Positions 61,308 through 64,000 of a stretch of 64,000 nt of DNA are shown piece by piece; positions within the stretch are counted from its first letter, which is position 1; each line of letters opens with the position of its first letter. A program made the translations under genes and the position numbers. This DNA is from Cetorhinus maximus (taxonomy: Eukaryota). The notes under the pieces are model-generated. The model saw nothing but the letters and a program-made list of their open reading frames with translations, ran no database searches and had not been told where the DNA came from. The stretch spans positions 15,996,001 through 16,060,000 of the forward strand of contig NC_135882.1 of NCBI RefSeq assembly GCF_964194155.1, read 5' to 3'.

Positions 61308-62832
61308 GGACACCCGGCCTCCTCTCCCTTCTGCCCCTCTCTTCCTCCTCAGAGGAGGTGCCTCCAGCGGAGACCACAATCCTCATTACCAGGGTAAGGG
61401 AAGGCTGTCTGATACCTGGAAGGGTCCACATGGTCTGAATCCTCTGGGGGCCTTGGAGACACCAATAATCCTGAAATGAAGCTGGGAAATGCTAACAATG
61501 AAGCCCCGAACAGAGATGAATCTGCCAAGTACCAATAAGCAACCAGCAGCAAACTATCTCCAAAACTCCTCACTGCTCACACTGGCAATGCTGCTGACCC
61601 TTTTTATCCCACCCTTGGGTAAGGTTTAGCAAATTGTCAGCTGCCCACCTGCCCATTTTGCTTGTGTAACAAGTATGAAATTGCACGGGCAACATAAAAT
61701 AGAATTTAATTGCCTTTTTAATGGCCTTAACTGGCCTCGTAATTGACGGCGGGCACAGCTCCGACTCCCGCTTGTGCTCGCCAACCGAAATACCGCGCAA
61801 GTGTGCGATGACATCGGGACGCTCACCCGACATCATCACGCGCTATTTAACTCTCGAGCGGGTCTGGCGACCGCCCGCTTGGTGAAAAGTTCTGCCCCAA
61901 GTCTCTGGAGTGGGATTTGAACCCACAACCTCTGACAGAGAGGCAAGACTGCTACCAACTGAGCCACAGCTAACACTTTCATCAGTAACTAAGAAAGCCC
62001 ATCGTTCAGTCATAGATTAAGCATCTCTCAAAATGAATAACTGAAAGCGCTCATCCAGAATAGCTCAGTTGTTTAAAAAGCATATAGAACCAGTGACCCA
62101 GTCTAGTCAATGCAGATTTGTAGGATACGCTGACTTCCATTGTGCTGATGCTAATCCTTACTGATTGATAGTCAACTGATCAGCAGGAAGACTGAACTAA
62201 AATTACTTCGAAGAATACTTTGGCCAATTCATTTTGGTTTGACAGGTCGTGTTCCTCATTGTGTTTTAAATGACCATTCAAACATTATTCATGATATCAA
62301 AGGCCCAGCCAGCTATGGTCTGCCCATTGTATTCCATAACTGATGAAAACTGCATTCAAGTATTTAAGACCTGGTGGTGTCCTTCCCTTAGGCTCTTTCA
62401 CCTAAAGGGTCGGTGAACAAAGAGGAAGCCTTTGTGCCTGCAGCACTCCATCCATCCGATGCACTTCTACTGTTGGGCCTCAGCGTTTGGGAGCGAGCTA
62501 CATTGTTCCCCATTGAGCAGATTTTTCACTTGCTTCCCTGAAGATGCTAAATAATTCTGCAGTCCAGCTCCATAGGCCAGAGCAGCCCTTTAATCCTCTC
62601 TCAAGTGACAACACTTCAAGTTGAGACAGCGAGCAGTGGATTTGACCGTCCCATTGCCATACCCACAATCCTTCTTCATGTGTGCACTTCCAGTAGATGT
62701 CCTTAGGAAGCACTCAGCAAAAGGAGCCACGGTTTTATTTCAAGCATTTAACCCTGTGAGAAACAGCTTTAGGATTTGTTGACAGTCTTTTGAGGGGTTT
62801 TCACCATAATTTCCACTGCTTCAGACTTTGAA

Positions 62833-64000
62833 AATCATCCCAGATTTGCACTAAGTGCGGTAGCGGGCGGTCACAATGGCGGGTCTTCACCTGCCGCGTT
62901 ACTTATGTATTCCTGGGAAACATGCCATTTCCATGGTGGGCAGGCTCTCATTCGTCCGCCGCGCCATCACCTCGCCGCTTCATCAAGCCAGGTACCACAT
63001 TGAAAGTACAGCCACGCTTAGTGCTTCCAGCCCAGGACTGCAGCAAAGAAGGCATGGCCCCGAAAAGCAAGAAGACTGCAGCCCTCGAATGCCTTTTGGA
63101 TGTCGTGGAGGCCCGCTGTGATGTCCTCTACCCTCGTCCCTGGCTGCAGGAGGGAGAGCTACATCATCACTCCGGCTTGGTAGACAATGGCAGTGGTGAT
63201 CAGTGCCAATGCTGCACAAAAGAGGTTGGCCATCCAATGCAGTTAGAAGGCGAATGATTTCATCCGTGCAGCCAGGGTATGGCAACCATCTCATCACTCT
63301 AAACTCACACACTCACAAGCCCATCACACATTCACTGGCATCTCACTCACTGCCAGCTCAAGGGACATCACCACTCACTGTCTCACACATATTTTCACAT
63401 GTCCGTCTGGCCTCATCTCCTCTGGAGACTGCCTCCTCAGCCCTCACCATCTTGAGGCAACTTGCACAGATCAACACGTGCCCCCACACACACCCTGGGA
63501 TACCCCCCTTCCCCAGTACAGCCCTCGCCCTGCAGCCTCTTCCCTTGCCTGAGGCCACTTCTACCCCAAGACTTCTAAGCAAGACCTTTCCCTGCAGCCA
63601 TTGAAAAGCCACCCACATATGGCTGCTCCAGTAGGTAGAGACCTACCCATGAGCCCCCCTAAAAGTGATGTGGTGCTGTCTGCGAAGCCTGGCGCTGATG
63701 GCTGCGAGTGCTGCCCGAAGCAAGGTAGGCAAACAAACCTTGAAGTCCCGAGTGAAGTGCAGCCCGCCAGGTGCACGTTGCTTTTGTGCTGCTGTGCCAG
63801 GCGATGCAGTGGGGGCAGGGGTGGTGGGGGTGAGTCTGGCGGGCTGGCTTTATAATAATATGCTGATGTATTACAGTGAGGTTCCCAATGTCCAATGGTG
63901 GGAAACACAGCCCGTCATTGGCGGGCTCAGCGGACGATCGCAAACTGGTTTCACGTCATCGTGAAACCAATCGCACCATATTGTCCGCTCACGCCACCGA
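62833..64000 (+). mobile_element. Internally deleted Harbinger of the 31017 family (Myb exon 1 remnant 63054-63276)
   Basis: Colinear with 31023-31700 (MAPKSKKTAA). 63880-64000 resembles the right end at 39800-39930. It runs off the window. Confidence 0.82.

Larger units (their letters stand above)
59435..61386 (-). pseudogene. Harbinger DDE transposase disrupted by a CR1 insertion and an inverted duplication
   Basis: QGAIDCTQV, KGFHSMNVQIVCD, YPGSSHDAY, LLGD, CVLYN and an acidic tail. The N-terminus is closely related to 6743-7390. Confidence 0.9.
57080..61897. mobile_element. Full-span PIF/Harbinger transposon
   Basis: TIR GGGCAGGATTTT / AAAGTTCTGCCC with flanks TAA/CAA. Myb gene on +, transposase on -. 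Confidence 0.9.
56875..61976 (-). mobile_element. SINE head split by two tandem Harbinger-type insertions
   Basis: 56875-56927 (...tttgcttaa) joins 61898-61976 (caagtctctggagtgggatttgaaccc...ctgagccacagc), restoring the head seen at ~43916-43945. Confidence 0.7.

Noticed and set aside
61900-61976. tRNA gene
   Set aside because: A/B-box-like motifs are present, but it is the degenerate head of a split SINE and I could not build a cloverleaf.

Overview
This is eukaryotic, repeat-rich DNA with no recognisable intact host gene. The repeat set suggests a cartilaginous-fish (shark-like) genome; that is an inference from the families seen: Deu-domain SINEs, CR1 and L2 LINE tails, Penelope-like elements, a Mag-type Gypsy and many GC-rich Harbinger MITEs. 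Most ORFs in the six-frame track are fragments of transposable elements or spurious. Main content: (1) four PIF/Harbinger transposons, three with a HARBI1-like DDE transposase and a spliced Myb/SANT gene in convergent orientation and the fourth (62833-64000) with only a Myb exon, all broken, plus about a dozen related MITEs; (2) a Mag-lineage Gypsy provirus inserted in one Harbinger transposase and itself carrying a MITE; (3) four Penelope-like insertions, each with a 9-16 bp TSD and minimal hammerhead ribozyme cores, including a ~125-bp element that is almost only ribozyme and a ~310-bp fold-back with two cores; (4) solo LTRs; (5) several local templated duplications or inversions; (6) four weak exon-like unique segments on the minus strand. 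All coordinates were read by eye, and the ends of degenerate repeats are approximate.
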